A stretch of DNA of 53,385 nucleotides from an uncultured archaeon (GTDB lineage: Archaea > Asgardarchaeota > Hermodarchaeia > Hermodarchaeales > Hermodarchaeaceae): NCBI GenBank assembly GCA_964347045.1, contig CAYFXC010000008.1, forward strand, positions 20,373-73,757. The letters run 5' to 3'. The translations under genes were made by a program, and so were the position numbers. The notes under the pieces are model-generated. The model did not search any database. It was given only the letters and a program-made list of their open reading frames with translations, and was not told the origin of the DNA. Within the stretch, counting starts at the first letter, position 1, and each line of letters begins with the position of its first letter. Positions 9,575-18,176 of this stretch are shown here, piece after piece.

Positions 9575-10207
9575 CTATTCTTTAACTTCTTTTTTCAGGC
9601 GTTCAAGTTCGCGTTTTGTCCGCTCACGCCTTTCCTCAGAAGTTTCGAGAAGCTCTTCTTCTCCTTCTGGTACAGAAGGCAATTGACCGGCTTCTTCAAG
9701 GGCAATCATGGTCTCGATATCCTCGAGTTCTGCATCTACTTCAGCGTCCATTTCTTCATCGTCAAGACCTAGACCAAGAATTTCTTCGGTTGCTTCAGCT
9801 TCTTCGATGAGGGCTTGAGTTTCAAGAATGACCTCACGGGCAACTTCAGGTGAAGCAGTTTCTCGTAGCTTTTCAAGTTCAGCGCCTATACCTTTAAGAG
9901 CACCAATAACTTCGGTTTCGCCACGAGCTTGGTCTATGGCTTCAACACCGCGTTCCATTAGATCGATTTCTTGCTCAATTAATCTAGCTTTTCGTAGATA
10001 GCGTTGACGTCGACGGAGTTGAAGCTTGGCAGCTTTACGATCCCCCCGTCGAACATATCTAACCGCCTTTATCCGAGAATCCTTAGCCTTTGTTTCATAT
10101 TGACGACCACGGACTTCGAGTTTATCAGTCACCCGGTGAATCCGAGCAATAGTATCTTCCTTGGGTTCAGGTTTTTTCGGAAAGAGTTTTTCCCAGAATT
10201 TTGCCAT
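9575..10207 (-). CDS. ESCRT-III protein, Snf7/Vps20/32/60-like
   Basis: Amphipathic N-terminus MAKFWEKLF (ATG 10207 after GGAGG); basic hairpin GDRKAAKLQLRRRQRY; acidic tail DEEMDAEVDAELEDI; LPSVP (MIM2-like) motif. Confidence 0.9.
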   Translation of the reverse strand: MAKFWEKLFPKKPEPKEDTIARIHRVTDKLEVRGRQYETKAKDSRIKAVRYVRRGDRKAAKLQLRRRQRYLRKARLIEQEIDLMERGVEAIDQARGETEVIGALKGIGAELEKLRETASPEVAREVILETQALIEEAEATEEILGLGLDDEEMDAEVDAELEDIETMIALEEAGQLPSVPEGEEELLETSEERRERTKRELERLKKEVKE

Positions 10208-10211
10208 TTGT

Positions 10212-10823
10212 CTAGCCCTCCTCCTTAAGTCGTTCAATCTCTTTTTCTAGTTCAGAAACCCGTTTTTCGGGTTCAGGAAGTGAGGTACCCGTTTCGATTT
10301 CGATTTCCGAATCGAGTTCTTTCAACGCGTCTTTTACTTCTCCGTCAGTTACTTCAGTGGACACAGCCATACGCTCCATTCCCGCTTCAGCTACCTCTTG
10401 AGTCATTTCGAAGTGGCGCAGGTTGCCTTCAATCTGATCGACTAATTTGGCAACCTCAGGGACCTTAACTTGGCTCTTGAGTCCACCGAGCGCAGAGTTG
10501 AGCTGTCCAAGGATTTTTGCAACCTCACCCATAGCTTCGCTTTGACGCAATTGTGTTTGTAATCCTTCAATTCGCAGACGATAGGCATCTACGCTTAAGG
10601 CCCATTTCTGGAACCGCAGATGATGCTGTAAATACATTCGTGTAGCATCCATATTGCCTTGGAGTCGGTATTTTTTAGCTCGTTGACGGCTTTTACTCGC
10701 TTCTTTTTCGAGCATCTTGCGTTGTAAATCGAGCTTCCGCGTGAATACATCGAGGCGGAAGATGAGTTTTTTCAAATCGGTTCCGCCGCCCAACCATGAT
10801 ACAAATCGGCGAATAGCAGACAT
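10212..10823 (-). CDS. ESCRT-III protein, Vps2/24/46-like
   Basis: Basic N-terminal helices (GNMDATRMYLQHHLR), acidic C-terminus, terminal ELEKEIERLK (MIM1-like) helix. Confidence 0.88.
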   Translation of the reverse strand: MSAIRRFVSWLGGGTDLKKLIFRLDVFTRKLDLQRKMLEKEASKSRQRAKKYRLQGNMDATRMYLQHHLRFQKWALSVDAYRLRIEGLQTQLRQSEAMGEVAKILGQLNSALGGLKSQVKVPEVAKLVDQIEGNLRHFEMTQEVAEAGMERMAVSTEVTDGEVKDALKELDSEIEIETGTSLPEPEKRVSELEKEIERLKEEG

Positions 10824-11009
10824 TATCGTTACCTTCCAGAGAATCCTTCAAATCGAACCTATTATACTTTTGGTCTCAAGGTCTTTAATGCCACGGTTCC
10901 ATGTATCGATTCGCAAAAAACAGGGAATCAAAACACTTACTTTTCTGAAAAAAGAAGAAAATGCCCGGCAACCTATACCAAGAGTTTTCGGGCACAATTC
11001 AATGTGAGC

Positions 11010-11735
11010 CTATTGTTTGTTTGCACTTGCACGAGCAAACATCGAAAGTCCAATGACAGCTAGCAATATTCCGATAAAGCCCAGAGCTAGCATCGACAGC
11101 ATGATCGGGGCAAGGAATAAGACGAAAGCCATACTCATTGCGGAGATCGCCCATAGTAATAGGCCGATCATGGCAATCCAATTCCCAGTTTTCATACCGC
11201 CTTCCTGCTGTTTTGTAACTCGATAGGTATGAATGAGTGGTAGTATGAACATATAGATAATTGCGAGGAGACCACCGTAAATGACAACACCCCAAGGCAT
11301 TGCGAGCCAGTGTAAAATACCGTCTGAAACGGTGACAGTGCTAGTGGGTGTGGTGAATAACCAGAGCACTGCAAGAAAGGAAATGGTGCCAATAAGAAAA
11401 AGATACTACATCCATTGTGGCAGAGGAATTGTTTTTGCACTGAATATAAAGAAGACCATGAAAAAGGCGTAAAGAGCAACACACGACCAAGCTCCTAAAT
11501 AATATGGAAGGAGTTGGTTCGGCGTGGCTATCGCAGGAAGCAGATACATCATTGATGCGAGGATTGAATAGGCGAACAGAAGAAAGATAATGGTGAGGAA
11601 GCTGAGCCAATTATATTCCTTTCGTTCTTCATTAGAAATCACTGTTCGGAATGTAACGATTGTTAGAAACAGTATCAAGATCCAAGTTAGAATTATGAGA
11701 GCAAAATGAATAGGTGTTTCATGAATGTAAAGCAT
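11010..11735 (-). pseudogene. Multi-pass (~7 TM) membrane protein interrupted by one in-frame TAG
   Basis: ORFs 11406..11735 and 11010..11369 share a frame. Only TAG at 11408-11406 separates them, and the bridging codons read YLFLIGTISFLA. Confidence 0.7.
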
Positions 11736-11810
11736 TCCTAGGAACCCCTCTGCACTCCATTTCGTTACATATGTTATAAAAACTCTATCATTCCATTTTT
11801 GGCGTTTTTT

Positions 11811-12941
11811 TTACAAATTGCCGCTCTCAAGATACGATAAAAGTTGATCCTTACTCATATCTGCAATTCCAAGATCTTCAAGCGTTCGTCCTTCTTTCCA
11901 AAAGTTCTTTTTCTTTATGGACGAGTACAGATTAATCTGTGCATCAATAATTGGTGTCTCCACTCCCAGTTTATCACCAAGAAGTCCAACTGGAACTAGT
12001 CCATAGGGGATATCTTCACTTACATACCGATCATCCAGAGAATGAGGGCCTTTGACCGAGGCAATGATTTCATTGGTTCTTTTTGGTGCCTGAAAAACTC
12101 GGGCCATTGGACTTACAGAGGTTCTAAACTCGGGTGAAGGATGGGAGAGAGGTTCAAGCCCTAAAGCGTTACCTACTGCAGTAAATTCTTTGTAGGTGGC
12201 TTCGATGATTTGACCAACTGATGTAGTAATACCTTCACGGTAGAGATTGAACTCACCACCAGAATACTCAATTCGACCTGTATTGAGAAGCGTCGCAGGG
12301 GGATGGATATAGGGGTTCGGATTGCTCAGGGCGACTTCGATGACATTGGTTGCCTTTTGAGGTTGTTTTATTCTCAGCCCATTGACTTCATGTGCGGGAT
12401 ATAGATCAACGAGAAGCTGATGTATTTTTGAGGTGAATGTGGCGGGAAATGCTGAGACAGAAAACTCTGTAGCAACTAATAAACAATCAACTTGTCCAGG
12501 ACCATAAAGACGACAGCCATAAGGAAGGGTGCTAGTTTCAGCTATAACAACATCAGAAGCCACGTTTTTTTTGCGAAGAAGCTGGGCCATTTCAAGCGAT
12601 CCGAAGTTGCCCGGAAGAAGAATTAGGGACTGGCCTGATTCTAAATGAGGAGCTAATAGGTCAGCAATTGGGGCATGACCAAAGGCGGGAACCACAATCA
12701 TGATAAACTCAACATCTGTTATGGCTTTAGCGATATCCGTTGTTGCTAATTCAACTTTTACAACCCCTTCACCATAAAGCCCCTTGAGCTCGATTTCCCT
12801 AGTTTTAAGTGTGTGTTCGATGTTCTTCTTAAACTGGGGAAGTTCGAAAAAATTGATGGTGTGACCATCGAATGTAAGATGTCCCGCCATCTGGTGACCA
12901 CCATTACCACCCCCTATTACACAAAGATGATAGGATTTCAT
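11811..12941 (-). CDS. NAD/NADP octopine/nopaline (opine) dehydrogenase family protein
   Basis: GGGNGG Rossmann motif, ETSTLPYGCR, LSNPNPYIHP, RYVSEDIPYGLVP. Confidence 0.9.
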   Translation of the reverse strand: MKSYHLCVIGGGNGGHQMAGHLTFDGHTINFFELPQFKKNIEHTLKTREIELKGLYGEGVVKVELATTDIAKAITDVEFIMIVVPAFGHAPIADLLAPHLESGQSLILLPGNFGSLEMAQLLRKKNVASDVVIAETSTLPYGCRLYGPGQVDCLLVATEFSVSAFPATFTSKIHQLLVDLYPAHEVNGLRIKQPQKATNVIEVALSNPNPYIHPPATLLNTGRIEYSGGEFNLYREGITTSVGQIIEATYKEFTAVGNALGLEPLSHPSPEFRTSVSPMARVFQAPKRTNEIIASVKGPHSLDDRYVSEDIPYGLVPVGLLGDKLGVETPIIDAQINLYSSIKKKNFWKEGRTLEDLGIADMSKDQLLSYLESGNL

Positions 12942-12982
12942 ACAATTCCTCCAGAGTGTGCATAATTGTAGATGAGCTAGGT

Positions 12983-13966
12983 CTAAGATTGTTTGCCTGA
13001 TAAAGCCATTTTCAAATGTTTAAGTGATACATTTCCACCCGAGCAAATAAGACCCACTCTTTTATCTTGGAGTTGTTGACGAATTTTGAAAGCAGCAGCA
13101 AGCGGTGCAGCCCCAGCGCCCTCAGCGAGGGTGTGGGCTTTTGTAATCATCCAAACCATTGCTTGAAGTATTTCTTGATCACTGACCAGAATGAACCCGT
13201 CGAGGTACTTCTGAAGGATTCCTTGTGGTAATGAAAACGCAGTTCCTGTTGCGAGTCCTTCAGCAAAGGTTTGATTGGGTGCCTCAACTAATCTGTGTTG
13301 TTTCCAAGATTGATAGGCAGCAGGAGATGCCTCCGATTGCACACCAATCACTTCGATTTTAGATTTTTGCGCTTTGGCTACAATACATGTTCCCGCAGCA
13401 CCACTTCCGCCTCCGACAGGCACAATTATTACTTGAAGTTTAGGTTCTTGTTGGAGCATTTCTAATGCTTGAGTTCCTACGCCTGCTATCAGCTCAGGCT
13501 CGTTACCAGAATGTATATAACGATAGCCATGTTTTTCTGCTAATCTTTCACAATGAATTCTTGATTCATCATAATTAATACCATGAAAGATGATTTTTGC
13601 TCCCATCGCTTTCATAGGAGCGATTTTTCCCGGATTGGCTCCTTCAGGAACTACAACGATTGCGCGGACACCAAAGATCTTCGCGGCATAAGCTATCGAT
13701 TGACCATGGTTCCCTGTTGATGCACCTATCACGCCCTGCTTTTTTTCCTGTTTTGAGAGTTGAGAAATTAGGTTAATGCCACCTCGGACTTTGAAAGCAC
13801 CAATTGGTTGATAGTTCTCATGTTTGATATAAACCTCAGTTCCAATCAGTTCATTTATGGAAGCATAGCTATGGAGTGGAGTGGGTTGCAGGTAAGATTT
13901 TATTCGGTTTTGGGCTTGTAACACATCTTTGAACTCTGGAATTCGCATAACGAGTTCTCCTGTCAA
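12983..13966 (-). CDS. PLP-dependent threonine/serine dehydratase (no ACT domain)
   Basis: KHENYQPIGAFKVRG, ASTGNHGQS, VPVGGGSG, EGAGAA and CSGGN motifs. Confidence 0.93.
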   Translation of the reverse strand: MTGELVMRIPEFKDVLQAQNRIKSYLQPTPLHSYASINELIGTEVYIKHENYQPIGAFKVRGGINLISQLSKQEKKQGVIGASTGNHGQSIAYAAKIFGVRAIVVVPEGANPGKIAPMKAMGAKIIFHGINYDESRIHCERLAEKHGYRYIHSGNEPELIAGVGTQALEMLQQEPKLQVIIVPVGGGSGAAGTCIVAKAQKSKIEVIGVQSEASPAAYQSWKQHRLVEAPNQTFAEGLATGTAFSLPQGILQKYLDGFILVSDQEILQAMVWMITKAHTLAEGAGAAPLAAAFKIRQQLQDKRVGLICSGGNVSLKHLKMALSGKQS

Positions 13967-14216
13967 AATATTAAGGGCTGATCTGTATTTTGAGAGTTTC
14001 GAGTCTTCTTAAATACTGGTTTTGAGATTTGATGGATAAAAAAGAACAGAAAATTGTAGTTTTAACCCTAGTTTAGAATGCGTTCTTCAATTGGTTCGTT
14101 TTCTAGAGTTGAATAAGTATTGATGAAGTTCTTCCCTTGTAAATGCCCTCCCTTTTAAGTATCTCTTGAAATCGATAAGAACGAACAAGAAAAAGACGAT
14201 GTTAGAACAGCTGTGG

Positions 14217-14314
14217 ACCTGTAAATTTTGTCATCCGTTGGGACCTACCTGTAAAGCCTTAAGAAGGCGTTTTTGAGGGCGATAACCAACAAATTTTTTC
14301 AAAAATTTCTCGGG
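14217..14314 (+). repeat. Intergenic direct repeat copy R1 (core AAGAAGGCGTTT at 14261)
   Basis: Left arm plus core aligns ungapped to 18081-18136 (42/56 identical by hand count). Right arm GGGCGATAACCA...AATTTTTTCA...TTTCTCGGG matches 16536-16575. Confidence 0.85.
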
Positions 14315-14327
14315 AATACATAAAAGC

Positions 14328-14390
14328 GCCTAACGTTCAGTTGTATGGTAAGAGATACAGGGATAATATCATTGTAAAAACAAGTTAGGC
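14328..14390 (+). other. Candidate integron attC-like site
   Basis: GCCTAAC (RYYYAAC) at 14328 and GTTAGGC (GTTRRRY) at 14384 are perfectly complementary, span 63 bp and end 9 bp before a gene start. The internal L-box pairing is weak. Confidence 0.45.
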
Positions 14391-14399
14391 GGTGGAAGC

Positions 14400-14912
14400 G
14401 TGGCCCTAGACTTATTCTTGTTCGTTGCGATCGCGGAAATCGCAGGAATCTTTGTGGGCTTCGGCGCTCTCATCAGTGTAGCACGCTGGGGCGAGATTGA
14501 GCCGGCTCAACTTGCGCGGATTCGCGGTCTCGTCACGGTCGGACTTATGGTGATCGTCGTCGCCCTTATACCAGTCGGTCTTGACCTCTACGGGATCACT
14601 GATCACGCTCTCTGGTTCATATCTAGCCTCATCTTCTTTACGCTCAACTGGATTGTGCTCATCTTGTCTTTGCGAGATCCCCTGAATATAGAACTCATGA
14701 AAACCGAAATACAGACCAGGCCCGTGATAAATGTGCTCTTTTGGCTCTTGCTCGAGGTCCCACTTCAGGTCCCCCTAATTCTCACCATGTTTGGCTTGTA
14801 CCCGCATCTAGAACCCGCCTTCTATTCAACAGCGCTCTTGTTCAGCTTATTTGAAGCCACGTTCGCTCTTGTGCAGATCGTCTATTCGCAAGCTAGTCCA
14901 ACAAGTGTCTAA
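14400..14912 (+). CDS. Hypothetical membrane protein (cassette-like)
   Basis: 170 aa with ~5 hydrophobic segments, visibly more GC-rich than its flanks; the stop codon lies inside GTCTAAC. Confidence 0.75.
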   Translation: MALDLFLFVAIAEIAGIFVGFGALISVARWGEIEPAQLARIRGLVTVGLMVIVVALIPVGLDLYGITDHALWFISSLIFFTLNWIVLILSLRDPLNIELMKTEIQTRPVINVLFWLLLEVPLQVPLILTMFGLYPHLEPAFYSTALLFSLFEATFALVQIVYSQASPTSV

Positions 14913-15048
14913 CGCACCTGTCGTCTCACCAGGAGCAGCAGGTGACCACTCAACTCCGGTTCAATCGGACATCTAAACAAAGATCAGTTAAATGGCTCCA
15001 CTAATTACTAGAATCGCACCAGAAAATATTACTTCGATTCTTTAAAGT

Positions 15049-15603
15049 TCAGAAGAGTCCAAGAAAGCGGATGAGACCAATGATATGGTAGATTATTGCA
15101 ATAATTGTGCCAATAAGTCCAATCCATTGGAGGCTGGTTGTGATTCGTTGATGAGAAAAGGTAGATATGATTGGATCGGGCTGATAGTCTTTAGGAATCG
15201 ATTTGGGTCGTTTTGTTCCCTTGGGACCGAACGAATCAACTTCTGGGAATATGTCGATTTCTATAACTCCGCGTGTAATTAGTTTAGTTAGACACCGAAC
15301 GAAATCAAATTTTTTCAGGCTGAGTAGAGTACTAGCGGTAGTTATCCGTGTAGGGTGAGTAACGGAAGCGACAAACCCTGCGACAATTCGTAATTTACCA
15401 ACTTCGTTCCATTGACTAGTAGCAATCCATATACCTAAGAAGACAAAAATGAGAGGGACTGAAAACCATGGGATGGTTAGCATCAGCAGAGCACCAAAGG
15501 CAATGATTCCTGCTATGGCGATGGCTACCCCGATTCCAATTATTATTGTATAACCTTCAATTAACCGACCCATGTTCTTATGATCTAACCTCATTTTCAC
15601 CAC
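15049..15603 (-). CDS. Hypothetical membrane protein with possible winged-helix-like middle
   Basis: Two N-terminal TM segments, a soluble middle region and a C-terminal TM segment. Confidence 0.6.
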   Translation of the reverse strand: MVKMRLDHKNMGRLIEGYTIIIGIGVAIAIAGIIAFGALLMLTIPWFSVPLIFVFLGIWIATSQWNEVGKLRIVAGFVASVTHPTRITTASTLLSLKKFDFVRCLTKLITRGVIEIDIFPEVDSFGPKGTKRPKSIPKDYQPDPIISTFSHQRITTSLQWIGLIGTIIAIIYHIIGLIRFLGLF

Positions 15604-15783
15604 AGATATGGAAGGAATTCTTGAGTGTGATTCAGCGAACTGTCTATTTATGTATGTATCTATAATTATAGCCAGCTAGTATCAGAAAACAAATCAAAGC
15701 TTAGATAGCCGTTTTTCATTTTTCAACAAAAGAATAGGGATTTGATGATGCGCTACAACCGAGTTTTGTGGAGTAGACCACAT

Positions 15784-15823
15784 TTAAGAAGGCGTTTTTA
15801 GGGGCGAACTCCATAAAATACGC
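15784..15823 (+). repeat. Intergenic direct repeat copy R2 (core at 15786)
   Basis: TTAAGAAGGCGTTTTTAGGGGCGA matches R1/R3; 15792-15823 can fold into a bulged hairpin. Confidence 0.75.
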
Positions 15824-15898
15824 ACTCTCACTCTACTTATTCCCAGTATCTTTTTTTGGAAGTTCAGCTCTCATCTTATTAAGGAGGAGGATCCTATC

Positions 15899-16420
15899 GT
15901 GGTCAGATTTGTCCCCTATAATCCGACTTCCCATCGAGTACAGTTCTTGGAATTGAATATTGAGTTTATAACATTCATCGCGAATCAAATGCGTGTTCAC
16001 CATAATATTGACCCCGAGGTTCATGGAGGAGGACAGACTATACAAGAATATGTTGAAATTCACCTCGACAAATTCGCAAAAATAAGACCCCCTAAAGGAA
16101 TAATCTACATCGTTGAATCGGAAGGGAAAGCAATAGGGATGGGGGCGCTAAGTTCACTCGATATCGGAGTTGGCGAAATCAAACGCATGTATATCCGTCC
16201 AGAACATAGAGGAAAAGGTATAGGAAGAAGGCTACTGACGAAATTACTGAAAAAGGCAAAGGAGTTTGGATATACGTCTCTGCGCCTTGAAAGCCAAGAC
16301 TTCATGACGGTGGCGCACAAATTATACAGGTCTATAGGATTTCAAGAAACAGATGCATATCCCGGTAGTGAAACCCCGGATTGGTATCCCCATAATTTAT
16401 ACATGAAAATTGATTTGTAG
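15899..16420 (+). CDS. GNAT-family N-acetyltransferase
   Basis: GEIKRMYIRPEHRGKGIGRRLL and AHKLYRSIGF motifs; AGGAGG RBS. Confidence 0.93.
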   Translation: MVRFVPYNPTSHRVQFLELNIEFITFIANQMRVHHNIDPEVHGGGQTIQEYVEIHLDKFAKIRPPKGIIYIVESEGKAIGMGALSSLDIGVGEIKRMYIRPEHRGKGIGRRLLTKLLKKAKEFGYTSLRLESQDFMTVAHKLYRSIGFQETDAYPGSETPDWYPHNLYMKIDL

Positions 16421-16507
16421 CATTTCAATCTGAAATCTCTAAAGAAAAACTATTGAAGAATTCGTTAGTTTGCCTATCCTTCAAAGGCTGATTAATACCA
16501 AAGCCAT

Positions 16508-16575
16508 CCCGCAAAGACTAAAGAAGGCGTTTCTGGGGGCGATAACCACATAATTTTTTCAGGGGTTTTCTCGGG
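16508..16575 (+). repeat. Intergenic direct repeat copy R3 (core at 16521)
   Basis: CCCGCAAAGACTAAAGAAGGCGTTT is identical to 18112-18136; the right arm matches R1. Confidence 0.88.
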
Positions 16576-16770
16576 TGATAACTAGATAAGTCAACCCCTT
16601 CTTTTGTTGTCATCGCACTAGTAAATCTGCCAGGCATAAACACCTCACAGTATATTTTGTGGTCTTAACCCTGAATTTTGTAAAACAAACCTGAAGCTAG
16701 TTTTGTGTTGAAGTTCATTTCTTCCTAATCAGCAGTGGCTTTACAGATGCCGAGGAGCTGATCAAAGATA

Positions 16771-17751
16771 TCATTTCGGGAGATTATTCAGGAACTCTAT
16801 TCTCTTCTTCTCGATCTCATCCTTGTCTTCTCCTACCCACAAGAAATGTCCACCATGGACTTCAAAGAGTTCAGCATGTGCGATATTTTCTTTTAGGTAT
16901 TCAGCGTGGTGCCACTTAACGTCATTATCCATTCTGCTGTATATCAACAGGGTAGGAAATGATATCTGATCAACTGGAATTACGTCGATTTCGTCCATCA
17001 ATCTCACATCATGAATTAACCCCTTCTTCCTATGGCTTAGTGGCAAGGTTGTATTGGTTAAATCCCGTACCCACTTCTTTCTGACTTCATCATTTGATAC
17101 TAACTTCACGAAATCATCCAGTTCACTTTTCTCATACAATGTTTCAAGTTTAAGAACTGCTTTGAAAATGGCAGCAAAACCGATCTTCATGAAAACCGCA
17201 GTTAACCATCCCGATAAGTCATCCAATCCTCTCATAAAAAAGAGCCGTGCCCATCCATCCAGCATTCCCTCACTGCTATATTCTGATGCTACTCCAGCCT
17301 CCATTATCAGTCCATTAACTCTCTCTGGATATTTATTGGCGAGGAATAGAGCAACAGGTCCTCCTGCAGAGAGTCCATCAACCACTACTTTTTCGATATT
17401 TAGACTATCCATCAGGGCTACACAGAGGTCAGCTTGTTCTTCATAAGAGAGGGGTTTGAAAGGAGTTCCAAGATATCCCGTTCTGGAGGGAGCCAAGATG
17501 GAATAGCCATGTTCTATTAGATATTCAAGCATGAATCCCTGATCAAAGCCACCGGGACCGCCATGTAACACCAAGACGGTTGGACCCTCTCCTGCAAGCT
17601 TGTATTCTATCTCACCAAGCTTGGTTTCAGCTATGATTCCATCTTTCAATGTTGCCAATAATCCTCTTTTCCAAGCGAAATATCGGAATATGATGAAAAC
17701 TAGGAGGATGAAAACGATTCCAAGAGTGATTAGTAATGCATCTAGTGCCAT
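16771..17751 (-). CDS. Membrane-anchored alpha/beta hydrolase
   Basis: N-terminal TM segment; LHGGPGG oxyanion motif, GLSAGG nucleophile elbow, Asp and GGH catalytic positions. Confidence 0.92.
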   Translation of the reverse strand: MALDALLITLGIVFILLVFIIFRYFAWKRGLLATLKDGIIAETKLGEIEYKLAGEGPTVLVLHGGPGGFDQGFMLEYLIEHGYSILAPSRTGYLGTPFKPLSYEEQADLCVALMDSLNIEKVVVDGLSAGGPVALFLANKYPERVNGLIMEAGVASEYSSEGMLDGWARLFFMRGLDDLSGWLTAVFMKIGFAAIFKAVLKLETLYEKSELDDFVKLVSNDEVRKKWVRDLTNTTLPLSHRKKGLIHDVRLMDEIDVIPVDQISFPTLLIYSRMDNDVKWHHAEYLKENIAHAELFEVHGGHFLWVGEDKDEIEKKRIEFLNNLPK

Positions 17752-18080
17752 CTTTGGCCATTTGTATCAGAATTCGTCTAAATTAAATCTTCCCTACCTA
17801 TGATAATCAATTGGATTCCTAGTTCTCCTAGGAACATGTGATGGCTGAATCCATAAGAGAGAAGGACAACTTAGGGGGGACTAAGAGCTCCAAGGGTCAT
17901 GAGTATTTGATTGCGTGTCTCAAAATGCGTACCCCATTCTCTTGCGGTCCGCAACAATACCATGAGCCCCCCTATCCCTATACCATATCAAGACTAAACT
18001 CACAGATTTTGACCAAGACCATCCTGACGAATTGCAGGATGACAAGGGGTTAATTGTAGTTTCTCAGGATAAGAAAGTTA

Positions 18081-18136
18081 ACCTGCAAAATTTGTCCTAT
18101 GCTAGTGCGTACCCGCAAAGACTAAAGAAGGCGTTT
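18081..18136 (+). repeat. Intergenic direct repeat copy R4 (core at 18125), directly upstream of vps4
   Basis: Shares left arm and core with R1/R3 but not the right arm; followed by the vps4 leader. Confidence 0.88.
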
Positions 18137-18176
18137 TCCTGAGTAGTGTTAAGTGTATTCGAAAGGTTGATAGTAA

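Noticed and set aside
17838-18053. 71-aa ORF upstream of vps4
   Set aside because: No recognisable motif or RBS; probably spacer or decayed sequence.
14217-18136. Repeats R1-R4 as a CRISPR array or IS ends
   Set aside because: Spacing is 0.7-1.6 kb with whole genes in between, the copies are direct and degenerate, and no cas or transposase gene is present.
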